Below, one piece after another: positions 28,139-40,605 of a stretch of 64,000 nt of DNA. The DNA is from Plasmodiophora brassicae. Its lineage: Eukaryota. Below the pieces are notes generated by a model. The model searched no databases. It had not been told where the DNA came from and saw nothing but the letters and a program-made list of their open reading frames with translations. The stretch is from positions 434,001 to 498,000 of the forward strand of contig CP145420.1 in NCBI GenBank assembly GCA_036867785.1, given 5' to 3'. The translations under genes and the position numbers were made by a program. The stretch's first letter is position 1, and each line of letters opens with the position of its first letter.

Positions 28139-31100
28139 CTACTGCACGTGCTGTTGGTGGTGCCCATCATTCCCGTCAGCTAACACGTGGGCGATCATCA
28201 CGTGGCCGCTTGCGGAGACGACTTTGCTAGAGTTCGAGAACGCAATCGCCGATACGCGATCACAATGGACAGGAACGTCTTGGAACGTGCCCGACGAAAC
28301 GTCGACTAAGGTGATCATCCAATCTGACCATGCTTCGTTAGGCGTCGTTTGACGACACGGTTCCCCACGGCGGCCCGTTTACCGATCGTCCCAACCGCAA
28401 GCAATGCGCCGTCGTTCGACATCGAAACGCACAGAGGAGTATGGGGCAAGGGCAGCACTCGGACGACCTACCAAAGCCCATGAGATCACGCCAGTTACGC
28501 TTATCGACAACGTACCTCGTTGAGTTCGAAGTCGAACACGTGTAGAAGAGGGCGTGTTGACGGACAGCAAGCGATCAGGTTGCTACTTGAAGATTTGTCA
28601 AAGACTACATAACAAACTGAACATCCTGCTCAACACGATATGCAATGAGTACCGTACTCGCAAGGTTGGGCGGCATAAACCCAGGAACATCATCCAGCTC
28701 CTGGAAAACGTCCTGTTGTGCCGAGAACGCTTGCGACATGTTGATCCATCGGTAGAGAATGGCGTCCCAGTTGTCCCTGCCATCAGCCACGCGCGAATTC
28801 CACAATGATACCTGCTGGTGCGAATCGCAAACAAGGAACAGGTGATCATCATGGGTGGACTGCTCCAGGCAGTGGATCCGATTGCCGGAATGGTTGGCAA
28901 TGTGGATGTGCACGTCAAAGGAGGCGCTGTCGATAACGTGCACAATGCCATCTGAGGTGGCCGCGATGATGATTCGCCCTTCAAACCCCACATGTCAACG
29001 CAGACGGTTGGCGTCTCCACAGCGCCGTACCGTTTGCACTGTGAATAACATGGTCCACTGCGTGCGCCAGCTTAACGCAATGCCTCAGTTCCAAGTTCAT
29101 CAAATCCAGAACCCGAATACACCCGTCGGTAAATCCAGCCGCGATCGTTGTGCCGCTGGGCGCAAAGCTTACGCAATTGCACTTCTACAGCGAAAGCTAA
29201 ACGACAATCTTGCCGCTGGCGTCCTGGCTACTGACCTGATTCGGCACCTGAAAGTGCATGATCTGCTCGTAATGCTTAAACGGTGCGCCTTCGACGCTGG
29301 TCGATTTCGGGACGTCCCACAGGCGGACGGACCCGTCGTCTCCGCAAGAGCACATGAATTCATCACGGGTTGGGCTGAAGGCAACCTGTCGCGAGTCGTG
29401 AGCTGAACAAGGTCTGGCCGTGTAGAACGATGGCCTCACCTGCTGGATCGTCTCCCGATGACCGTTAACGAGTCTGGTGGGAGTCGCAATGGAAGACTGT
29501 TCATCGGTCGTGGTCGCAGAAGACCACCCAACTTGAACGACGGTGCCATAGTCGAACCCAACGACACCGACTTGAGCAGAGGGATCCCAGCGACATGCGA
29601 CGACGGCGCCTGCGTTGAAACGTAGCTGTCCAACTTCTTCGACGTTTATCTGCCCCGCGCTCTGGTTAGACGACCGCCGTCTGCATGCACAGGAATGTCC
29701 CCAGCACTAACCTTTCCTTTTGGGTTTCCATCGCTGATAGCGATTTCGCATCGGCGAATAAAGTCGGCAGCTCCAGCAAGCACCAAATGGAACGTATTGT
29801 CGAGCTCCCGCTGGCAGGGGACGATGTGCATCGATAAGATCTCGTTCGGGAAACAGATGACGTCCCCAAGACATTCCCAATCGGACAATGCCGACGAGTA
29901 TTGCCATATGATTACGTCCCCTAACCCATGTCAAAACAAAGGCTTCGGTGGCTCGAAGTGCCGCAATCGCTGACCGTTTGAGGTCCCAACAAAGAAATGT
30001 GTGCTGAGCGCGACAATTGCAGTAAACGTTGCCTTCGACTGCGCCTGGCGGTTCGAGACAGCGCAAGGGAGCAACCTCGGTTCAAAACACGTAACCTCAT
30101 CGGCAGGCAGAGCGAATCGCGGAGGAGGTGCCGTCCAGCTTTCGACTGCGGTCGCGCTTAACAACGCCCGCTGAGCATCATTTAGTTGTTGCGCTTACCC
30201 TTTCTCCGAGAGCAGGTTAGAAACTGATCGTTGATACGTGGCACCCAGCAGACTGCAGTGTACCAGTCCACATTGCTTGTCGATGCAGCATGGTAGGCAA
30301 TGCATTCCCCTGTCATAGACGTCAGCCGGCGTCCCTGCGCCCAGAGACCGCTGATCCCCACCCGAGGCGCAATCCCAAACACAAACGCTAGAATCCGCCG
30401 GACGTCCAACAGACGTCAAGTAGGTGCCAGACGCATTGAACGCCATCGCCTGGATGCCTAATGGACCACTGGTCACAAACACGCAGGAAGACCCGCATTG
30501 GCAGTTGTACCAGCAGCGTGCTTAGTTGTGATTTCACGGGTCGGTTGCCGGGTTGCCGGTGACCAGAGGAAGATCATTGAGAAGGGATTCGTTGGTGTTG
30601 GCAGGCCTCCGTCCGCTGAAGCAAGAATGTCCCCGCCATCGGTGACGGCAAGGCATGAAATCTCAACCTGACCAGCAATTTCGATATGACCGAGACGACA
30701 GCAGCAGTCGCACTGCTTACAGAGTGTGCTTGGAGTATCTGATGCGTTCGATCCGCAAGGTCCTCCACGACGATTATGCTCCCAGCGGTGAAGCAGAACA
30801 GCCCAGTTGGTGGGTGCCTGAACGCCGTACGTTAGACGTTTGCTAACGGATGACGACGGATGCTCACCAGATAACGTTGTTTCGACCGTTGCCGTTGTAG
30901 GCAAGAACTTGCTGTACCCTAAGCGCTTCTTTGTGAGCCGGCACAACATAACCGACTGTTGCTCTTGGAAACGTTTTCAATGGAGTGAACAAGCATTTGG
31001 AGAATTGCTCCGGACACTCCTCAACGACATCGTCCTCTGAAATTGATAACCTGTTCGCGAAGTAACCGTTAGGTGGTCGACCTGCATGATACGGCTCCAA

Positions 31101-34100
31101 GGACGTTGCATGCCTGCGCCGTGGACCAGATGTCTGCGACGAATCGAAAGCAGTGGATGACAACCGGACAGGAGACAGGACAGCGGATGGGGACGTTGGA
31201 ACAGGAATATTACGTCTGGGCGACAGACTGCTCTCCTTCGAGGCGCTGGCCCGCGACGATCGTGTTGGCGTCGCCAATAATACCGCATCTCCTAAGACAT
31301 TCTTCATTAACGCTACATTAGAAACCGAACGCGGAGGCACAACCTTGTGTGTAGCGATCCGGATGGAACTTCCAGATTTGAACAACTGTCCCACCGGCGG
31401 TGACGAGGAGATCACAATCGACAAACTCCAGACTGCTGATGGCGCTTTGCGATCGGAACTCCTGGCCACTAAGAGCGAAGCTGGGATCCCCGACGGAACG
31501 GTACGGGACGACCCGAACGGAGTTGGCGTTATCAGCATACACGATGAACTTGCCGTCTGGGCTAATGCGCAGGTCGGACAAATCGTTCTGGTCGTTGTCA
31601 CCCAGTTTCCCATAAACGGTTTCACCGACGACGCGACGACTGGAGAGATCGAAACGAATGAGTGTCCGGGTCGTGGTCGCGATAACAACCTCGTTAATAA
31701 TCGGGTGGAACTGGATAATGCGGCTTCCTCCGCTGTCGTTACTCGTCAGTCGTAGCACTCGGTTCGACGACGTCGGCCTTGCTGCCTACCTCTTGAGGAT
31801 AATCCGTTGCTGCTCACCGAAATTGTCGACGTTGTAAACAACGATTTCGTTGCATCCCATTGGCCCAGGTGCTGCCAGAAGCAACCCTTTTGGGTCACAG
31901 CAACTATGTGGCATACGCCGTCAGTCAGATACGCACGACGATATGTGTGGGAAACGTATCGCCGACATAGATATACGGTTCGAGAACGAAGCACCAAGAA
32001 CGCGGACTGGTTGATAGAAACGCAGAACGTCGAAAGCGCAAATGTGCCTATCGTCAGACGCGCTGAACAGCCTCCTGCCATCGGGGGTGTACACAAGTGA
32101 CCGTACTGGACCCGTGTGTTGGCAACATTCAACCTGGTATCATGTCATTACGAATCTACAAAAGGATGACAAAGTGCCAGTGCACTGACGATCATCGTTG
32201 TTGACGCTATATCAATGATGCGAATCTTGCCGGAGGCGAAGCCGAGCGCTAACTGGTTCTGTTGCGGGTGATAGGCAACGCAAATGGCACTTTCCACAGG
32301 CGTCAGGAACTCATATAACTGAACATCGCTCGTCAGAGTTGAACATCGAGCATAACTTCGACGATACGACATACTTGCTGATGAGATGCAATGTCCCAAA
32401 TGCGGACAGTGCCATCAGACGATGCAGTAGCGAATTCGTCGAGCCGAGGGCTGACGCAAACATCACTAATCTATTGCATACACTCGTTAAAGCCGTTCGC
32501 GGAGCAGAGACAGGAACCGAATACCGCTCCACTATGCGACCGCAGATAAACGCGATATGACGAGTCGGTTATGTCAAGAGTGCCTGCGCTGCCAGATGAG
32601 CACCCAGCGATTGCTCTAAGTCCGTCTTCTGAGACGGAGACAGAAGTGATGGGGCTGTCATGCTGTGCTTCGGTGACGCATGACGAGAAATCCATTGGCC
32701 ACACTCGAAGGTGCTTGTCGTCGGACCCGGTAATGCAGAATCCTGCCAGAGCGTCAGCAGTTAGTGGTGTGTGTGTGTAACCGGCCAACGCCGGCCGATT
32801 GTCTTTCCGTACCCTGAGTAATTACAATGGCTCTGATTGGACCGTTGTGAAGCTGATAGACGTAACGAAGCGTTGTAGTATCAAGGTCAGCAACAAAGAC
32901 GGCGCCTGAAGCGCTGGCAGCGTAGAGGAGGTGCGGTCGCGACATCTCCTCAGTGATTATCCCATAGATCGGCTCGAAGCACAACGCCACAAATGTGTTA
33001 CGAGAATGCTGACGACACAATAGGTGAGTTTAAATTTGAAGGAAAATGCCAAGCCCAGATTACCTCGTTAAGCACCAACGAGTGTCCCGGCAAATGCCCG
33101 TTCTTGATTCTCCAGAACCTGATACTTTCATGGCCGCAGGATGCCAGCTGATGCTGGCTGCCCGGATGTGGAGAAAACACGATCTGAGACACGTTGAATT
33201 CTGACGTTTGCTTGGCGACTACGGAGACAGTCCCTTTCTCGACGACGTCTGACAGGTCCCATACAATAATCTGGACGCGTCCGTGCCCTGCAGTGACTGC
33301 ATAAGACGTCCTTAAACGAATCGATTTTCACACACAAACCATCATGCCCGGCGCAAGCAAGTAGCCTGGAATCACAGGATATCGCCAATGATGTTAGCCC
33401 GTTGGCAAACGTCGGCACTCGGCACACAACAGTCTTCGTTTTGAGATCCCAGATCAACAAGAAGGGATGGCGGCCAGATTGTCCGGTGACTAGTAGCCGA
33501 TAGAAAGGACAGATAGCAAGGGCACAAATGTTCGCAGTATGCCCAGTCAGGATAATCTGCTCGTCGGTCGCAATATCGTGAATGACGACCTAGCGATGGA
33601 ATGTAACATTAGAAGCCTACCCGACGTTGATGAAGCCATGGCGTTTACCATGCTCATTGCCGTGTACAGTACAGTGTTCTTCTCGAGCCACTTCATGGAT
33701 CCCGGGACGGAACCATTATAGCCAACGATTCGAAACAGCTCGAGAACGGGGTCCGGACCAGGGCTGCTAATGCTATCATCAGCCTGGACGATCGCGGTCG
33801 TAGAAACGCGCTTCTTTTCGGGCTGGGTCTTTCTTGGCAGGGCATCTTTGGCTACGACTGCTTCCGAGTGCCCGTCGCGAGGTATGGGGCTATTGGCGCC
33901 TTCAGCAACATCAGATGTTGCTGTGCTACCCTCTAGAACAGGCGTTTTCGGGCACCATAGCCTACGAATCTGAAAGTTAACTCCGACCTGTCCCTAGCAG
34001 GTCAGACGTACGTACCAGTCGTAAACGGACATCCAGTCTTCCGTTGCCGCGATTGGCAATCTCATATCTCGCGGAAGGGTGCTTGGATCGTAGCTGCCCG

Positions 34101-34959
34101 TTGAAACGCTTATCCATACGTGAAACCATAAGAGCATAAACAATAGACTGACATCTTGGACGACGTATATACACCACGAAGTTGAATGCACGCGCAGACC
34201 TTGATCGCTTTTAGGCATGTGAATTCGAAACTTGAGTACTGGCTCATGACGGATTTAAAATCAACGCAAAGAACTGTATTCGGCGTTTAGGCATCCAGTA
34301 CTGTCCAGCATTGACAGGGTGGCTACCTGTCCATTTCTTGGCCTTCACTTGTGTCAACGGTATCTGGATAACGCGACCCAACGATTTCCGTTCTCGGAAC
34401 AGGTTGCTGAACGAGAGCCGGACGACAAGTTGCGGTATCGTCGCCAGCAGGTCAAAATGAAGGGAGAAATGTCTGGGCTGATGGGTCAGGTCAGGAGACG
34501 CACACTCGTACAAACTCTAACGTGTCTGCATTTGGGCGACGGATCTGCATATACAAGTATGGGCCAGTCAGGCCAAGAGAGTGCGTATTCGACGACGGAA
34601 ACTGCAGGTAATTGGCGGCTGGCACCAATCCCTTCAACTCGTAGATATACGATCCCGTAGACCGGTCCATAACCTGCGATAATCAGGTACGCTGAGTTCC
34701 ATATCCATGTCGGGCGTGAAAGTCCCCACCTGCTCCACTTCGCCTTCGCGCTTTGGGGATACCTGAGCAGCTTTCATCTGTTTCATCAGATCGAAAGTCG
34801 GGTCCTGGAAAACTGTCCAGACGGTGACTCTAGGCTCATCGTCTGACGATCGGACCCGTGTTGCCAACCTTTTCCGAACAAGGACCCAGGGACGGGGACC
34901 TCTGCCTTCGGCGCTGACGTCCCCGATTGTGGGCCAGCTGCTGCTCGGGCCTGAGTCAT
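28139..34959 (-). CDS. WDR90: WDR90/POC16-like centriolar protein (CFA20/DUF667 domain plus many WD40 repeats)
   Basis: N-terminal VFQDP...LGLTGPYLY...FSLHFDL...RLSFSNLF (CFA20-like), followed by many WD repeats (SCGHESIRFWRIK, GSDDKHLRVWP, SCGDDGSVRLWD). Many short introns. Confidence 0.85.
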
Positions 34960-35226
34960 TGTCACTCAACGGTGTCCTGGCCTCGCAGCGACCGCTCCTC
35001 TGACAGTCACGGCAGCGGGGCCACCAGCCACCAGGTCTGCCTACCCCTACCTACCTAGGCTCACTTCTGGACGGAGCGGCCTCCAGCGGCCCAACCATAC
35101 AGTAACAGGGCCGCGAAATTTGCAGCGATCCTGTCCGAATAATTGGCTCGGAGGTACCCGGCGATGCGGCGTGTTGCGCGGGCCACTTCTACAGCGTACC
35201 GAGGGTTCTGCGTCCTGTGTCGCGCG

Positions 35227-36195
35227 ATGCCGACGCCGACGCCGGAGCGGTATGCCGTGCTGGTCGTCGGCCATGTGCCGCCAGCCTTTCTTGAGCAATA
35301 CGGTCGGGTCGACAGGATGTCGGTAGCAGGTTGACGCTTTCTGACCGTCCGGGTGGCAGGCGACTACGCGACGATGTATCAGCAATTGCTGAAAGAGGGC
35401 CCGCATGAGCAATGGGACGTGTATAAATGCATCGAGAATGAGTTCCCCGACGAACCGGTCCTTGACTCGTATCGAGGCTATGTCATTGGAGGGTAATTAT
35501 CTCGTAACTCCCTCTGTCATATGCTTCAGTTAATGCTTACGACCGTATAGATCTCGTCATGATGCCCATTCTGACTTGGAATGGATCGTGAAGCTCAGGC
35601 AGCTAATCAAGACCATTTATGAACGCAAGAAAAGCAACTTGCTGGGCGTATGCTTTGGACATCAAGTCATCGCGCACTCACTTGTAAATCGCAGTCCTTA
35701 CCCTGTGGCACCCGATGTAGACCTGACAAAGCATAACAGGGTGGCTTATCGGGGCGGGCCACTGGATGGCAGGTTTCTGGGTCGTTTTGTCTCGTTCATT
35801 GCCACAGGCTGATCGATATACAGGTCGGGCTTCAAGAAGTCACGGCGACAGACGCGGCAAAGAGCCGGTTCCCAACTCTGCCGCCCAAACTCAACCTCCT
35901 GAAGATTCATCGTGACCAAGTGAACAAGCTTCCTCCTGGCGCTGAGCTCCTGGCGAAGTCAGCAAATACCCCGATCGAAATGTTTTCCTTGGGCAATCGC
36001 GTGCTCTGCGTGCAGAGTCATCCGGAGTTCAACTGCGATATCGTCCAGAGACTCGTTGAAACCCGAACAAAGGACGGATCGATTCCATCTGATGTCGCCC
36101 AAGACGCCATCTCGTCCATGTCTGGCCGGGAACCCCAAGTATCGGAGCTCACCGCTGTTCTGCGGGAATTTCTCAAGACTGATCACTCCAAGTGA
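35227..36195 (+). CDS. Class I glutamine amidotransferase-like protein (gamma-glutamyl peptidase-like)
   Basis: GSRHDA oxyanion strand, LGVCFGHQ nucleophile elbow and QSHPEF together complete a Cys-His-Glu triad. Confidence 0.9.
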
Positions 36196-36443
36196 TTTCA
36201 ATACACGACTGCTGCGCAACGATGTCTCCCGTCTCCAGCCGCACTGCTGCAGTGAGCCGCCAGAGCCGGTCGCACCGCCCCTCAGAACCATTTTGCCATT
36301 GGGGGTTGTCAGGACATCAGCCAAATTTAGGCGTCTGCGCCCGCGGGCCCGCGCGAGCACCGCATGTGCATTGCACGCGGCGGCGTTGCCGTTGGGGTTC
36401 ATTTTGCCAACCTATCCGGTTGTCCATTCCTAGGCCGTCCGTG

Positions 36444-37940
36444 ATGCGGGCGTCAATGCGGATCCCGCTGTGGCTGGCTCTAGCGACGGCCGGCGCTGCC
36501 GAGACGTTCTTCTCAGAGAAGTTCGCGGACAAGACATGGAAGGATCGCTGGGAGGTCTCCGACTGGAAGAAGCAGGAGGGCACAAACGGCAAGTGGGGAT
36601 GGTCGCACGGCGAGTTCTACGGCGATGCCCAGGAAGACAAGGGGTTGTTCACCACCCAGGACGCCCGGTACTATGGCATCAGCGGGAAGATGCGAGACGA
36701 GCCGTTCAGCAATGAGGGTCGCGACCTTGTCATCCAGTACTCGATCAAGTTTCCTTATATGGTGGACTGTGCTGGCGGTTACCTCAAGCTGCTGCGTGCT
36801 GGTCTTGACCAGGTAGGTTGCAGTGTTTATACGTTTTGAATTGGTGCTAATTCGTCCCAGAAATCGTTTTCGGGTGCATCTGATTATGCCATTATGTTTG
36901 GACCGGATATTTGTGGAGCGGAAACGCGCAAGTAAGTAGGCTCGCTTGCCCGATACTCGGTAAAGCTCACCAGTATTTGCTGTCAGGGTTCATGCTATTC
37001 TCAACTTCAAGGGGAACAACCTTGAGAAGAAGACTCCAGTTCTCTGCGAAATTGATAAGTTCACCCACTGGTACACATTTGTCATCCGCCCAGACAACAC
37101 CTACGTGATCAAGGTCGATAACGTCGAGAAAGACTCTGGAAATCTTCTTGACGAATGGACCTTCCTGCCTCCGAAGCGTATTCCTGTAGGGCGGCTTTCT
37201 TTCGGCAAACCTGGATTCTCCCTTAACGTAACTGTTAGGATCCAAGTGCGAAGAAGCCGGATGACTGGGTTGACGACCCGATGATGGATGACCCATCGCA
37301 GGTCAAGCCTGCTGACTGGGACGATGAACCGGAAAAGATTCCCGATCCTGAGGCTGTCAAACCAGGTTCATTGACATGCAGCATATGACATGCACGTGGC
37401 TAACGATATATCAGAGGACTGGGATGACGATGCCGATGGCGAGTGGGAGCCCAACATGATCGATAACCCCAAGTACAAGGGCGTCTGGAAGCCGACCCGT
37501 ATTGACAACCCGAACTACAAAGGTCAATGGGTTGCACCAGAAATCGACAACCCGGACTTCATCGACGACCCCAACGTTTATGTGCAGAAGGACCTTCAGT
37601 TTGTCGGGTTTGAGCTCTGGCAGGTATGCAAGTGTACACACTGCAAGGTGCTGGGCTGCTGAATGTCTCCTAGATGAAATCTGGGTCGATTATTGACAAC
37701 ATTCTGGTCACGGACGACGAAGAAGAAGCCGCTGCTGAAGCATCTGCCTGGCTGAGCAAGAACAAAAAAGGGGAGGAGAAGATGAACGAGGAAATTGAGA
37801 AGGCGGAACGCATCAAGAGAGAAAAGGAACGCAGAGAAGCTGAAGGGTTGCCACCAGCCGAGGATCCCGGGGAGTTCGAGGACGATGAAGACGAAGATAT
37901 CGACCTTGATTCTGACGACGACGAGAAGGAAGAATTGTAA
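36444..37940 (+). CDS. CALR: Calreticulin
   Basis: Signal peptide, [18 protein letters not shown]-domain repeats KPDDW/KPADWD/GEWEP, acidic tail and C-terminal KEEL. Confidence 0.95.
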
Positions 37941-38063
37941 ATGCAGTTGTTGCATACCAAGCCGTAGAACAGCACGCCGAACATGTAGCGACATTGTATC
38001 GTGACATCACTACACATACGTGACCTTCACTCTGTCTTCCCATGTGTAACGATGACGGATAGT

Positions 38064-38617
38064 TTACTGAAGGCTCGCTACGCATTCGATCTCGACAAGT
38101 GCATCAAACGGGAGTCGTGCCACCTGAACGGTTGAGCGCGCAGGTCGATGGCCACCGAACGCGCTGCCGTAGACCTCGTTCATTTTCGCAAAGTCATTCA
38201 TGTCCTGAAATTGTAGGTATTCCTGTAAGCAATAGCCGTCGCTCGTTGCACATACCTTCAGGAAAACCGTCGTCTTGACGACCTTGTCCAGTGTCGTGTT
38301 CGCCGCAGCAAGGACCGCTTTGATATTTGCCAGAACCCGGGACGTCTGCTCCTGAATTCCTCCTTCGACCATCTTCGACGTTGCAGGATCTGTTGAGCGT
38401 CAACGCAAAGGTGGATTGCACGCCTTTCGCGTATGCTCGCCGACCGATCGGGATTTGGCCCGCCGTGTACACGAACCCATTCGCCACAATCGCCTGCGAA
38501 TATGGCCCTGCCCAGGTGCACGCCCATCAGACGCTGCCCTGGCGAGAAGCGCACCAAGCAATTATTGCACCCACCGACCGCCTTTGGTGCCGCCTCTGTG
38601 GACACCACAGTTACCAT
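38064..38617 (-). CDS. RIDA: RidA/YjgF/UK114 enamine deaminase
   Basis: [44 protein letters not shown] (catalytic Arg), VEIEC. Confidence 0.93.
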
Positions 38618-38815
38618 CGTACCGATGCCGAACCAGCGACCCGCGAAAATGACACCCCGCTGACTGACGAGTTGGGAAACGCGAGTCGTGATTTGTGCAA
38701 CCTGGCTTGAGGAAATCCACAATAGCAGTTGGGGTGTTTTGCTCGCAGGACGCGGGGTGCCCTGTGTGGAACAACAACCCGACGCGGACTTGGTCGCCCT
38801 TCAGGCGCGACGACG

Positions 38816-40490
38816 ATGCAGATGCTGTGGCGCATTGGATGCATGCGCCAGGTGTCGCCGTGGGCCTGGCGAAGATGCATGTCCCTGTGTTTGTAGAACG
38901 GAAACCGGGTTGCCCGAGGATAGGTCTGATCAATGGATGCCATGCAGCAGCAGGCGATATCATCCGTATCGAGATGCCCGCGCTGTCACCCACGTACGTG
39001 GAAATCGTCGTGATTGGCGTACTGTGTGAAATTGAGATTGTTGCAGAATGACGAAAGGCAACATCGGCAAGTGGCGGAAAGCGGTTGGCGATGTCGTGTC
39101 TCCCGGCGACGCGTTGGTATCAATTGAAACAGACAAGGCGGTTGTTGACTTTGACTCGGTTGAAGAAGGGTTCGGTTCGCTGTCGCAGTTGTGAAATGCA
39201 CCTGACGATCATGAATCAGGTACATTGCCGCAATTTATGCGAAAGAGGGATCCCACGATGTCCCCTGTGGGCAACTAATTGGCATTATGTGGGAGGGACC
39301 TTGTCGTGACATGCGCCTGCTGAGTTGATCTCTGGTTTTCCAGGGTCGAAAATGCGGATCAGGTTGAAGAAGCTTCTAAATTGCCGCCACCAAATGTTTC
39401 GGCGTCGGGAACGACCCCAGCAGCGGCTGTGCGTTCGGAGCCAACGCCAGCAGCGCCCACGGAATCTCGTCTGGGACCATTTGCAATGCCTGCCGCTTCA
39501 CTGCTCCTCCTGCAGCATCACATTCATCCGTCAGACATTAAGGGGACTGGACATTCAGGTACTTGAGCAGGACCTTGTTGTGCAGCGTCATGATGCTTTA
39601 CAGGACGTATTCTGAAGGAAGACGTGATCCGTCACCTGGAGTCGAGACTTGCCCCATCCACAGCAACCTCTGCCCGTGTCGAGGTGCCAGGAGCAGCCAC
39701 TCCCCAACCGCAACAACGAAGTCGCCGCGCGCGCGAACGCTCGCATACCGATATCAAGTTGTCTACGATGCGGCGTGTGATAGCAACCCGTTTGTCTGAA
39801 TCGAAAAGCGAAATCCCGCATTCGTACATGTCAACGCCGTGCTTCATCGATCTGTTGCTGTCCCTTCGCACCGATCTCAAAGCAAAAGGGTACTGGCGCT
39901 ATTCTGGATTCTGTATGCGACAGGGTTGACGTTGTGTCCCCTTCTATGCCAGGATTAACGCCTCCGTTAACGACTTTGTGATTCGCGCGGCCGGCCTGGC
40001 ACTACGTGATGTCCCGGGTGTGAATTCATACTTTGACGTCCAGAGCTCGAACGTCAAATCGTTTCCGTCAATCGATATCTCTGTCGCCGTTGCCACCGAA
40101 GGCGGCCTGATTACGCCCATTGTCACCAATGTGGACTCCCGAAGTGTCGTATCGGTTTCTAACGCCGTTCGAGACCTTGCTGGGCGTGCCCGCTCCGGAA
40201 AGCTGAAGCCGAACGAATTCATGGGCGGTTCGTTCACCATCTCCAACTTGGGGATGTTCGGAATCACCGAGTTCTCCGCGATCATCAACATGCCACAAGC
40301 GTGCATTCTCGCCGTCGGTTCAGGGCAACCGAAGACCGTGATGGACGATGCCAAGGGAACCCTCCGATCAGTCACGTCGATGACCGTGACGCTGTCATAC
40401 GACAGACGCGTCATCCATGAAGTCGTCGCAGGGCAATGGCTTCGCGCGTTCAAATCTTACATTGAGCAGCCGGCCCTGATGGAGTACTAA
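38816..40490 (+). CDS. Pyruvate dehydrogenase complex E2-like / E3-binding protein (PDHX-like)
   Basis: Mitochondrial-type presequence, lipoyl domain MPALSPTM...IETDKA, subunit-binding domain [15 protein letters not shown], and a catalytic-type domain with YDRRVIH in place of DHRxxDG. Confidence 0.85.
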
Positions 40491-40605
40491 ACTTAAGCGT
40501 AGAGCCATTCACCCGTCTGCACGCGTTCCTGGCTGGAACGATCGCCCGATTAATCGTCCTGATGATGCCGTTGGGCCGGCGTCGGACGCGTTTCTAAAGG
40601 CGGTA

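Noticed and set aside
21643-38617. ALDH8A1-like plus RidA as a kynurenine-pathway gene cluster
   Set aside because: They are about 15 kb apart with unrelated genes between, no other pathway enzymes are present, and RidA looks like the housekeeping type.
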